Positions 11,191 to 21,329 of a stretch of DNA of 64,000 nt are shown one piece after another. Source of the stretch: a plasmid; the sequence record NZ_CP128202.1; one strand, 5' to 3'. The notes beneath the pieces were generated by a model. It did not search any database. It saw only the letters and a list, made by a program, of their open reading frames with translations, and was not told where the DNA came from. The translations under genes were made by a program, and so were the position numbers. The first letter of the stretch is position 1; each line of letters begins with the position of its first letter.

Positions 11191-12048
11191 TCAGGCCTTG
11201 TTCTGACCCAGCAATTCCTGCGCTTGAGGCTGAGTCATCGTAATGTGCAGATCACGTTGCGGGAACGGAATGGTCATACCCGCTTCCTCAATCTTACCTT
11301 TCACCTGACGCTGAATGCTCCAGTAGGTTTCCCAGTATTTATCCGTGGTACACCAGGCGCGTAGTTGCAGATTCACTGAGCTGTCCGCCAGCATCTGAAC
11401 CATCACCTGCGGTTTCGGATCCAGCATGACTGCTTCATGGCTGAGCGCTAAATCCTGAAGCACTTTCAGGCCGGTTTCAATTGAATCCTCGTAAGAGATA
11501 CCTACCACGATTTCCATACGACGACGGCCGTTACGGCTGAAGTTACGAATGGTTGCGTTCCAGACGGTGCGATTCGGGCTGGAAATATACAGGCCGTCAC
11601 CGGTTTCAAATACTGAGGTGAACAAACCAATATCTTTTACCGTACCGCTGTAACCGGCAAACTCAACGAATTCACCTTTTTTTATCGGTTTCAGGAACAA
11701 AATCATAATCCCCGCAGCAATATTGCTCAGGGTATCTTTTAATGCCAGGCCAATCGCCAAACCGGCCGCACCGACTAAGGCAACCAAACTGGTGGTATTG
11801 ACACCAAACAGGTCGAGAATAATGACCAGAGCGAGAATGTAGACAATATAACCACCGACTTTAGACATCAGAGACGCGACAATCTCATCACCATTGCTCA
11901 CTTTCATAATGGCTTTCTGAATACCGGCACGCATCAGTTTTGATGCGATAGAAGCAATCACTAAAATAAGCAGGGTTAAAATTGAGTTCTGGATGATATC
12001 CAGAATCAACGCCTGATGTGTCTCGTAAAAGCTGACGAGTAACTCCAT
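11191..12048 (-). CDS. mscS: small-conductance mechanosensitive channel (MscS family)
   Basis: 285 aa. Three N-terminal TM helices followed by the conserved MscS beta domain (GTVKDIGLFTSVFETGDG...). Confidence 0.9.
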   Translation of the reverse strand: MELLVSFYETHQALILDIIQNSILTLLILVIASIASKLMRAGIQKAIMKVSNGDEIVASLMSKVGGYIVYILALVIILDLFGVNTTSLVALVGAAGLAIGLALKDTLSNIAAGIMILFLKPIKKGEFVEFAGYSGTVKDIGLFTSVFETGDGLYISSPNRTVWNATIRNFSRNGRRRMEIVVGISYEDSIETGLKVLQDLALSHEAVMLDPKPQVMVQMLADSSVNLQLRAWCTTDKYWETYWSIQRQVKGKIEEAGMTIPFPQRDLHITMTQPQAQELLGQNKA

Positions 12049-12125
12049 TTTTATCTCCGTAACGGGTTATGGATGTTGTAAAACGGTACCCGGATATCTC
12101 AACCAGGCACCAGCATTAAGCAGCG

Positions 12126-12653
12126 CTAACCAACACTGCCTTGAATCAAGTAAATGTTATAACTTAAATAACACAGAACGAACACTCCCCCTTCCAGGCG
12201 GGAAATAGTTTTTGCTTTACCAATTTTTACCGCAGTGAAGAGCAGCAAGGCCGTACAGAACAGGACCGATGACCAGTCACGCCAGAAAATTTCCGCTCCA
12301 ACATCGGAAATCGGCTCAATGGCACCGGCAATACCGACCACGGCCAGCGAATTAAACATGTTTGAGCCTACCACGTTACCGACAGCCAAGTCATGCTCAC
12401 CTTTACGCGCTGCCGCAAGCGATGCCGCCAGTTCCGGCAATGAAGTCCCCAGAGCGACAATCGTCAGACCAATCGTCAGTTCACTGACACCCAGTTCCTG
12501 AGCAATATTGACCGCTCCCCACACTAAAATGCGAGAGCTCGCGACCAGCAACACCAAACCGGTAACGAGCCAGAAAATAGCGCGGGATAAGGTCATAGAT
12601 TGCGGCATCACCTGTTGTTCTACTTCAGGCGATAGCTGGCTTTTCCGTGGCAT
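12126..12653 (-). pseudogene. Na+/Ca2+ exchanger (CaCA/YrbG family), C-terminal half only
   Basis: 175 aa carrying one alpha-repeat (GTSLPELAASLAAARKGEHDLAVGNVVGSNMFN). Full YrbG-type proteins are about 320 aa with two repeats. The upstream half is replaced by the IS110/IS3 insertions. Confidence 0.7.
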
Positions 12654-12770
12654 TCGTTCACTGGATGAGCAACAACAGAAGTGATCCGCACCAGCAGATA
12701 ATTGGACTCCCCTCCTTACTAACCGTAAGCTAGATAATTCGAAGCTTGCTACATAAAACTGGAGTTCAGC

Positions 12771-13808
12771 ATGAAGAAAACTATCGTTGGTGTCGACTTA
12801 GCAAAGAAAGTGGTTCAAGTTTGTGTCTATGCAAACAAGAAGGTGCGTTCCAATACCGAAATGACGCCGAATGAATTCGCTTTGTGGTTAGCTAACTCCA
12901 AGCCAATGACAGTGATATTTGAAGCGTGTAGTACTTCCAATTACTGGAAGCAGCGGACTGCATCTTTAGGTCATGATGCCCGACTTATTTCTCCAAATTT
13001 AGTTGCTTCAGTAAGACAAAATCAAAAAACAGATAAGAATGATGCACTGGCCATTATTCAAGCTTCATTGCTTCCAGATGTCGCATTTGTTTCTGGAAAA
13101 TCTGTAGAACAACAGCAGCTTCAATCCATAATGCGCATGAGAGAGCTTTGCATGAAGCAAAAGACAGCCGCGAAAAATCAGATTATCGCTTTGCTATCGG
13201 AGTTCAATATTAAAGTGTCTAAGCGCAAGGGTGGATTATTACGAGTTATTGAATCAACACTTGAAGATGCTGAAAACGGCTTTTCTATGGAGTTCAGGGT
13301 TGCTCTCTGTGCAGCTAAAGAACAGTATCTCACTTTGGTTGAAACTATTAGTACTTACGATACCTGCCTTGAGCAATCTATAAAGTCTCATCCCGACTGC
13401 AAAAAACTTCTGAAGATCGAGGGAATCGGAATACTGAACGCCATAAACTTGTACATTGCACTGGGCTGCGCGGATATCGGCTCTTTCACAAAAGGGAAAG
13501 ATGCCGCGGCATGTATTGGTTTAACACCGATACAACACTCCTCGGGAGGTAAATCCAAGGTGGGGTCTATAGGTCGCCGAACAAAGAATACCATTTTAAG
13601 AAGTCAATTGATAACAGGGGCAATGTCTATAGTCAATCACTTAGGGACTAGAGCAGCTAAAACGAAGAAAGAGCTATGGCTTAAAGCGCTGATTGAGCGT
13701 CGAGGCAAAAAGTGTGCAGCAGTCGCTTTAGCCAATAAAAATGTTAGAACAGCCTTCGCCTTGCTTACCCAAGGTTCGGAATACAAAGCGGATCCTGTAT
13801 CAGCTTAA
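12771..13808 (+). CDS. IS110-family transposase (345 aa)
   Basis: N-terminal DEDD-type domain (GVDLAKKVVQVCV...). C-terminal IS110 motif (GIGILNAINLYIALG...GLTPIQHSSGGK). Confidence 0.9.
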   Translation: MKKTIVGVDLAKKVVQVCVYANKKVRSNTEMTPNEFALWLANSKPMTVIFEACSTSNYWKQRTASLGHDARLISPNLVASVRQNQKTDKNDALAIIQASLLPDVAFVSGKSVEQQQLQSIMRMRELCMKQKTAAKNQIIALLSEFNIKVSKRKGGLLRVIESTLEDAENGFSMEFRVALCAAKEQYLTLVETISTYDTCLEQSIKSHPDCKKLLKIEGIGILNAINLYIALGCADIGSFTKGKDAAACIGLTPIQHSSGGKSKVGSIGRRTKNTILRSQLITGAMSIVNHLGTRAAKTKKELWLKALIERRGKKCAAVALANKNVRTAFALLTQGSEYKADPVSA

Positions 13809-14063
13809 ACGTGTCAAAACAGTGAAATGCATATATGATAAAAATCAACTGGTTATGCAGGTCCAAAACAAGAGCTTCTAGCTCGTCTAGCAGAATTGCA
13901 ACTAGTTCGCGTAAATATCATAGAGCCTGAGTTCGCTACTCTTCGAGAGCTCGTACATAAGTGCGCATTTATTTCATATTATAATTTTTACTGTTGACAA
14001 CGGGGAGTCCACATAAGTTTTGGACACTGAGTTAAGTGAGTACAATCACTAACGAGGTGAACC

Positions 14064-14345
14064 ATGACAAACAAGAAGAAACGTATTATCCATTCTCCTG
14101 AATTTAAAGCCGAAACTCTGAAGCTAGCAGAGAACGTGGGAGTCGCTGCGGCAGCAAGACAGCTCTCCTTACATGAATCTCAGATCTACGCTTGGCGCAA
14201 GACTGTAAAGAAAGACACCACAACCAGTCAGCGAGAACAAGAGCTAGCCGCTGAAGTAGCCAAGCTTAAAAGGCAGTTGGCAGAACAAGCAGAAGAGCTA
14301 GATATCGTAAAAAAGGCCACCTACTTCGCGAAAAATCTAAAGTAG
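14064..14345 (+). CDS. IS3 transposase OrfA (HTH)
   Basis: 93 aa. HTH then leucine zipper (LAAEVAKLKRQLAEQAEEL). Confidence 0.9.
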   Translation: MTNKKKRIIHSPEFKAETLKLAENVGVAAAARQLSLHESQIYAWRKTVKKDTTTSQREQELAAEVAKLKRQLAEQAEELDIVKKATYFAKNLK

Positions 14346-14359
14346 ATTGCTATGAATTC

Positions 14360-15210
14360 ATGCTAGAACACCTGCTGTGCTTCAGTGTTGTCCGCATGGC
14401 TAAGGTGTTCAGGGTTTCTCGAAGTGGGTTTTATTATTGGATTAAGCATCGCCACAAGGCTATTCAACGCGAAGCAACTCGCCAAGAACTTGATACAAAG
14501 GTTAAAGATGCTTTTGACAACAGTAAGGGGAGAGATGGTTCAAGGCGCATCCAGAAAGAACAGTCTGAGAACGGTGATAGCCATGATGTTAAAACCATTG
14601 CAGCCAGCATGAAGCGTCAGGATTTAACGCCGAAAGCGGCACGCAAGTTTAAGTGTACAACGGACAGCAAGCATAAGATGCCTGTAGCTCCGAACTTGCT
14701 AGCTCAGGACTTTAATGCAACGGCCCCGAATCAGAAATGGGCGGGAGATATCACGTATCTTGCCACAAGCGAAGGCTGGTTGTATTTGGCTGTGATCATT
14801 GACCTTTACTCACGACAAGTAATAGGCTGGTCGATGGATACGAGGATGACGGCAACACTGGTCTGCGATGCATTATCAATGGCTCGTTCCGTCGAGGCTT
14901 CCCAGAGGAAGTTATTGTTCATAGTGATCGGGGTAGCCAGTATTGCTCAAAAGATTATCGAGACCTCATAACTGCTTATAATCTAAAACAAAGTATGAGT
15001 AGGAAAGGAAACTGCTGGGACAATGCTTGTGTTGAGAGCTTCTTTCATTCGATGAAAGTAGAAGCGATTCAATACGAACCGATAATGACGAGAGATGAGA
15101 TGCGCCAAACGGTCTTCGAGTACATAGAGGTTGATTATAATCGGACGAGAAGGCACAGTGCTCTTGGATATCTAAGCCCAGTTAACTTTGAACAGCAAAA
15201 TGTCGCTTAA
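14360..15210 (+). pseudogene. IS3 transposase OrfB, carrying an extra frameshift
   Basis: DDE-integrase core (WAGDITYL..., [12 protein letters not shown]). The frame breaks near 14880: MARSVEAS should read [22 protein letters not shown]. The C-terminal motif [10 protein letters not shown] resumes in the +1 frame at 14995-15210. This is separate from the programmed orfA/orfB frameshift. Confidence 0.8.
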
Positions 15211-15809
15211 TGAAGTGTCCAGTCTGGCTGGAGCAGATCATCATTGGTGTTACCACTCAGTGCTTGCATGTAAACAGGAATACCTGCTTGGTTTTCACAG
15301 ATGAGTTCAAGCACGACTTGGTTAAGCTCTGGCCTATGATCCCGACTATAACCTCTTACAAGCTTAATCACGTTGGTGTTTTCATCTTGTGCATACTCAC
15401 CATCAACGTGGAAGCTAGTGATATCAAGATGAACAGAATCGGTCGTCAAGCCCAGTTTATCAACAACACGCTCAGCAATAACCTGATAGAGCGCTGAGAC
15501 ATCGGCTTCGTATAGAGCATCTAATGTGCGGCCTAGTACATCATCAGTCAGGTGGTGTGCTTCAATGTCTTTGGCGAGTAGCTTAGATACAGGCTTGGTC
15601 TTAAAAAAGTCCGAGAACATGTGCAGTGTTCTGCTATGAAAGCCAAGTCCATTTAGGAGCATGGCCAATACCGCGTCACCATGAGAAACATTGTGGTCAG
15701 AATATTTTGGGATAACGGCATCTATCATCCGTGGCAGGCCAATTTCGTGACAAAAGGCGGCAATGAGACCAAGGTGATCTAAGCGTTTAATAACAGGATG
15801 GGTAGACAT
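15207..15809 (-). pseudogene. IS1634/IS4-like transposase, N-terminal 200 aa, truncated by the IS3
   Basis: N-terminal LDHLGLIAAFCHEIGL-type domain (DUF4277-like, family assignment from memory). The ORF runs straight into the IS3 right end at 15240. Confidence 0.6.
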
Positions 15810-16081
15810 ATTTTGAGACCGTCAAATAGCAGTAATAGATCAAAACTGTCGATCGCGGTCAAGATGGTGTCGTAGTTTTTATGAAAAGCTGATCGCCAGA
15901 TCACACTATTTAAATTCTGGAATTAGCTGCGGAATAACGGATAGAATGGTCCATCACTGGCATGGGCGGGCAAGATGAATAGCAAGAAAATAATGATTGG
16001 GATGGTCACCCATGGGATGAACCAAGGGAGAGTGTCCTGAATTCTGTGTAACTGTCTAGACTTAAGCCTTAAAGGCTAAGG

Positions 16082-16435
16082 ATGGACAATATGGATAAGA
16101 AAGCACTCGAAGCTTTTGCTCGTGAAGCAGCAAAGTCAATTAAGACAGAATCTGATCTTGATGACTTCCGAAAAATGTTAACCAAGGTGACCGTTGAAAC
16201 GGCGTTAAACGCTGAACTCGATGAGCACCTTGGATATCAAAAACACCAATCTAGAACCAGCTCCAACTCCCGCAATGGTTACTCGGGTAAGTCAATCATC
16301 ACCGATGATGGAGAGGTCGATATCGACGTCCCTCGCGACCGTGAAGCCAGCTTTGAACCTCAACTCGTCCGCAAGCACCAAACTCGATTCCAATCCATGG
16401 ACGACAAGATATTGAGCCTATACGGGGTTCTAGGG
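16082..16435 (+). pseudogene. IS256 (mutator-type) transposase, N-terminal part
   Basis: NSRNGYSGKSIITDDGEVDIDVPRDREASFEPQLVRKHQTRF matches the IS256 transposase N-terminal region. The ORF reads through into the Tn3-type IR (GVLGIFPSKVT). Confidence 0.85.
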
Positions 16436-16517
16436 ATTTTCCCCTCTAAAGTAACATAGAATGCTACAGGCTTTGTATTATATAGCCTCCAGCTGTGGGT
16501 TACTTTCGTTTCCAAGC

Positions 16518-16871
16518 TTAATCATCCACGATTGGCTTCGTAATTTCACTAATATCAGGCAATTTTCCGGTATTGGTGAAGTTATACGTCCCGCTTAAGT
16601 TGATATTTTGCCATGCAACGGGCGAAACAGCACGAGTGATAGCCGCTTTTTCTTCATCACCTGTCGCTTCAAAGTGTCCCAGAAGATGACTCAGTATCGC
16701 GGAGTTGAAGTAGATGAGCGCATTGGCAAGCAATCTTGCGCATTCATTCCAGATAGCGATTTCAGACTCGTTTTTGCCACGGAACTGATCACCATTCACC
16801 GACGCAATGGCTCGTCTAAGGAAGTGCCATGCTTCTCCCCGGTTCAGGGCACGTTGCACATACTGCCGCAA
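16518..16871 (-). pseudogene. second copy of the last 117 codons of the Tn3-family tnpA
   Basis: About 94% aa identity to residues 413-529 of the 16969-18558 ORF. It is followed by its own IR (16424-16455) and stops exactly where IR copy b begins at 16875. Confidence 0.75.
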
Positions 16872-16874
16872 ACT

Positions 16875-16905
16875 GGGGTTCTAGGGATTTTCCCCTCTAA
16901 AAAGA
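16875..16905. repeat. internal Tn3-family IR copy (IR-b)
   Basis: ggggttctagggattttcccctctaaaaagacata. Identical to the outer IRs for 27 bp, then diverges. Confidence 0.75.
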
Positions 16906-16968
16906 CATAATCCTCTGTAGACCACACCAATAAATGGCTGCGGAGGTGGTTTACTTTCAGCTTGGAGC

Positions 16969-19949
16969 CTAATCATCCACTATCGGCCTTGTTATTTCGC
17001 CAATATTGGGCAATTTCCCAGTATTAGTGAAGTTATACGTTCCGCTTAAGTTGATATTTTGCCACGCAACGGGCGAAACAGCACGAGTGATACCCGCTTT
17101 CTCTTCATCTCCTCTCGCTTCAAAGTGTCCCAGAAGATGACTCAGTATCGCGGAGTTGAAGTAGATGATCGCGTTGGCAAGCAATCTTGCGCATTCATTC
17201 CAGATAGCGATTTCAGACTCGTTTTTGCCACGGAACTGATCACCATTCACCGACGCAATGGCTCGTCTAAGGAAGTGCCATGCTTCTCCCCGGTTCAGGG
17301 CACGTTGCACATACTGCCGCAAACTGGCATCGTCGATGTAGTCAAGTAAATATTGCGCTTTAACCAGTCGATTATACTCCGTCAGAGCCTGTAATATTGG
17401 GTGTCCAGAAGGGTAACCAGACAACTTTCTTACCAGCATTGCTTGTGTCGTCCGCTTTGTCTGAAGTGACAGAACAATACGCCTGATATCTTGCCATCCC
17501 GTTGTAATAACATTCGTTCTGATAGGCTTCTTTAGCGCCAGTATGGTGCTGCCTTGTTCACTTTCAGTCACATCAAACAGATCATTGATGACACTACTGA
17601 ACTGCGCGTATCGCGGTGCAAAACTGTAACCGCATAGATCCAGTAAGGCGAAGTTAACATGATTGACACCGTGTGTATCTGTCGAGAGTACGTCAGGTTT
17701 GATTTCACTGCTGTTGGATTGTAACAGGTCATAAATATAGTGTGATTCGTGCTCGTTGGAACCGATGATCCGAGCATTGAGGGCGCTGTGGTTGGCCACC
17801 AGTGTCATGGCCGTGATCCCTTTGTTGGTGCCGAAATACTTAGAGGAGTACCGGGTTTTAAAGGTTTCCAGATGGGTTTCGAATTTCTGACCATCCGCAC
17901 TGGCATGCAGCTGGTCCTCCTGAATATGGTAGTGGCGGAAGATGGGTAGCGCTGCAACCGCATTATTGATCACGTCGCTGGCGTCATGCAGCGTTTCAGG
18001 CCGGATATAGTTGGCCTGCACCGTACTCAGGTGTTCATAGCTTCGATCGGAGATCTGCGCCATGCCATACACACCACGGTGAGTGGCGTTGGCAATCAGA
18101 ATGGCCAGTAAATCATCCTGATGAGTGAACCCTTGTTTTTGTATCGGAAGTACATGAGTCAGACATTTCATGAACCCGGTTTCGCGCTCTACATACCGCA
18201 GTACATCCGCGATACCGACCGGTTGCATTCGCTTAAAAAAGGGATTGTTGACCAGAGATGTAGCGCTTTTGGTCGGCAGACGCCAGCGGGTACCGGTACG
18301 ATTTTTCATGATCACATTTCGATTGTCTCCCTCATCAATATGGAGAGCAACGTCTTTGAGTGCACTTTCCAGCCGGTGTTGTTTCTCCTGTAACAATAAC
18401 TCTGCGGGCTGTTTTAGTCTGTCCAGTGTTGATGAGGCCAGCAAGGTATCCTGCGATGTCTGGGGATCAGGTCGTCTTCCAGTGCGCGGTATTTGGTAAC
18501 ATTTGGCAAATAAATGCGTCCATTCAGTCGTGAGGTTAACTGCCGGTAGAGCAGCCATTCGTAACGTTGCGGGTTAACGTTATCCTGTTTAACCAACCAT
18601 GGGAGGTGCTTTTTCGGGATGAGCGACGTATCCATCGTCTTCAGTGGTCCACCGAATGCGATTTCCGTCTGCATCTGTTGAAGTTGGGCGACGACGGCTT
18701 CTGAGCCTTTACCGGCCTCACATTCAAGGCACAAGAACACCTGCCTTAACAGTTGCTCCAGGAGATTGCATTGTTCATCGTAATGTTGCCACTGGTACTC
18801 TTCCACGGTCCGTTTCTGTTTTTTCAGGTAAAGGCAGAGGGTCTGGATATCCCTGTCATTCATGACCTTCAATGCCTGTTGTCTGACTACTGAGAAGGGC
18901 TGATTGTCATCAATATTCTCGTCAACAAACAGGTGAAGTAGCTCTGCCGCTTTCGTGACATTGTCCGCAGCTGACTGCCAGGACAGGAACACTGCTTGTT
19001 GTGCAAAGGCGTTGGCGGCTTCCTGTTGTTTTCGGATATGGTAAACAAACCCATCCGTCAGGCGCTCCAGTGCAAGTTGCATGCGCTCTGTCAGATGACA
19101 CAGTAACCACAGGTGCTGCTGTGAGCGTTTGAAGCGCCGCACTTTACTGCCGTAGTAATCAATAAGGCCGCTGAAGTGTTGTCGATTTTTTAGCGACAGA
19201 TTGAGCCTGTCCACAACGTCATTTATTTGCGTGTGCCATGGTGCTAACCGGTGGTAAATGGCGAGCTCTTTTTTAAGCTCAGGCACGGTCAGACTTTTGG
19301 CACCACCCCTGAGATGGCTCAGACTCAGCCCGTCGTCTTTAGTAGTGATTATGTTGTCCAGAAAGACGTTAAGTTCATTACTGGTAAGTTGATTCAGTTG
19401 GAGCGTCAGGTCTTTTCTGACCTGTTGCATTGTGCGGCTTATCAGTCTTTGAAGCACGGAGTACTTAGGAATGGCAATGTTATGGCTGGCAAGGTATTCA
19501 ATGGCCGCATCAAAGAGGTGTCGAGGCTCCAGCCAGGCATGACCAATGTAAACCAGGTGGTGGCACAGAGCATTGAGGTGCTGTTTTTCATTCCACTTAT
19601 TGTAATTTAGTAGACGCAGTATCCTTGAGTAAATACGGTCACGCTGCATTTTACTGACACTGAAAGGCCTGATCCCTTTACCTCTTTGAATTTGGGAGGC
19701 AATAAACTGCATGTCGATACTGATATCACGGAAACTCGGAGCAATGATCACTGGCTTAGATTTAAAATAGCCCAGAAGCGCCACGAAATAACAACGATGT
19801 TTAGTAAGCCTGATAGTACGGCATTCGGCCTGTTCTACATCGTTTAGCGAAAAATACAAACGTTGTTCCTCAATAGAAAACTGAGGTGCTGAATACAAGT
19901 CTCGTTGTTCTGCCTGAGTCAGAATCGAGAGTTCATTACTAATTGCCAT
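16969..19949 (-). pseudogene. tnpA: Tn3-family transposase TnpA split into two overlapping ORFs
   Basis: ORF 18414-19949 (511 aa) is the N-terminal half and ORF 16969-18558 (529 aa) the C-terminal half. The C-terminus matches the Tn3-family end (LSPxxWxHINLxGxY). The 145-bp overlap in different frames implies a frameshift. Combined length about 990 aa. Confidence 0.8.
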
Positions 19950-20087
19950 GATGAATAAACGCCAATATGATTGATGGTGTTTATATAAGATGGCAGAATA
20001 TTGGAAGGTAACCCACCGCCACAGACCATATAATATAATACCTGTAGCGTTCTATGTTACTTTAGAGGGGAAAATCCCTAGAACCCC

Positions 20088-20968
20088 TATACGCGAAAGG
20101 CATGACCACACGTGAAATCGTCGCAACGTTCAAGGAAATGTATGATGCTGATGTCTCACCAACGCTGATATCGAAAGTAACCGACTCGGTGCTTGAGCAA
20201 GTGATTGAATGGCAGTCGCGACCTCTCGACGAAATTTACCCTATCGTTTATCTCGATTGCATCGTGGTTAAGGTGCGTCAAGACAAGCAAGTCATCAACA
20301 AAGCGGTCTATCTTGCGTTAGGCGTCAACATGGAAGGCCAAAAAGAACTGCTCGGTATGTGGCTCTCTGAAACAGAAGGTGCCAAGTTCTGGCTTAACGT
20401 GCTGACTGAACTTCAAAACCGTGGGGTAAAAGACATCCTTATCGCTTGCGTTGACGGACTAAAAGGCTTTCCTGACGCCATCAACACTGCGTTCCCAGAG
20501 ACGCAAATACAGCTCTGTATCGTCCACATGGTGCGAAACTCGGTCAAGTACGTCCCTTGGAAAGACTATAAAGCGGTGACGACTGACCTGAAGAAAATCT
20601 ACCAATCAGCCACAGAAGATGAGGCTCTGCTGGCTCTAGCGCAGTTCTCTGACCGATGGGATAGTAAGTATCCTCAAATCAGTCGCTCTTGGACGGCGCA
20701 TTGGGACAACCTCAACCCCCTGTTTAACTACCCAGAGGATATTCGCCGAGCCATTTACACGACTAACGCCATTGAATCCCTCAACAGCGTTATTAGAAAA
20801 GCGATTAAGAAGCGCAAGCTCTTCCCAACGGATGAATCAGCTAGAAAGGTGATCTACCTGGCTATCCGAGATGCTTCCAAGAAATGGACGATGCCGATCA
20901 GAAACTGGCGACAAGCTCTAAACCGCTTTATGATTATGTTCGAAGACCGACTCACTCAATACATGTAA
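20088..20968 (+). pseudogene. IS256 transposase, C-terminal part
   Basis: MTTREIVATFKEMYDADVSPTLISKVTD... and the rest of the IS256 DDE domain. Joining 16423 to 20093 restores SLYAKGMTTRE in frame. Confidence 0.85.
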
Positions 20969-21329
20969 CCCCGACAGTTACACAGAATTATTTACAGGGT
21001 CAACCAAGGGAACAAGGGGGTTCTCATTGTCAGCTCCAGAAAATTTCATAGAGCTAACATGCTAATGATCCCGGTAAGAGCGATTGGCCAGATAGATGAA
21101 TGAATCGTGTGTTTTTCTGACTAGCTGTTGTGACCAGTAACAACAGCTAATTTTAACGAGCCAAATTTATGATTGGACCGCTTTGAGCGAATTGCGGAAA
21201 TTTCTCTTCGTATCATAGTGCTCATTCAAAAGTATGCTTTGTTTGATATAGCGGGCATTACCTTTTCGGATTTTATTGCCCATAAACTACTAAATTAAAA
21301 CCCGCTTAATGTACCTTACTAATTATCTT

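Larger units (their letters stand above)
13995..15240 (+). mobile_element. IS3-family insertion sequence
   Basis: 1246 bp, TG...CA ends. IRL tgacaacggggagtccacataagttttggacactga. IRR ...cagtctggctggagcagatca. Two-ORF orfA/orfB organisation. Confidence 0.85.
16424..20087 (-). mobile_element. minimal Tn3-family element (tnpA only) nested in IS256
   Basis: Terminal IRs begin GGGG as in Tn3-family IRs: ggggttctagggattttcccctctaaagtaacatag at 16424, and its perfect reverse complement ending at 20087. 5-bp target duplication TATAC (16419-16423 and 20088-20092). No tnpR or res. A third, slightly different IR copy sits at 16875. Confidence 0.8.
16030..21002 (+). mobile_element. IS256-family IS, interrupted by a nested Tn3-family element
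   Basis: Ends gagtgtcctgaattctgtgtaactgtc and gacagttacacagaatta...gggtca are imperfect inverted repeats. 9-bp direct repeat ACCAAGGGA at 16021-16029 and 21003-21011. Native length about 1.3 kb once the 3664-bp insert is removed. Confidence 0.8.
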
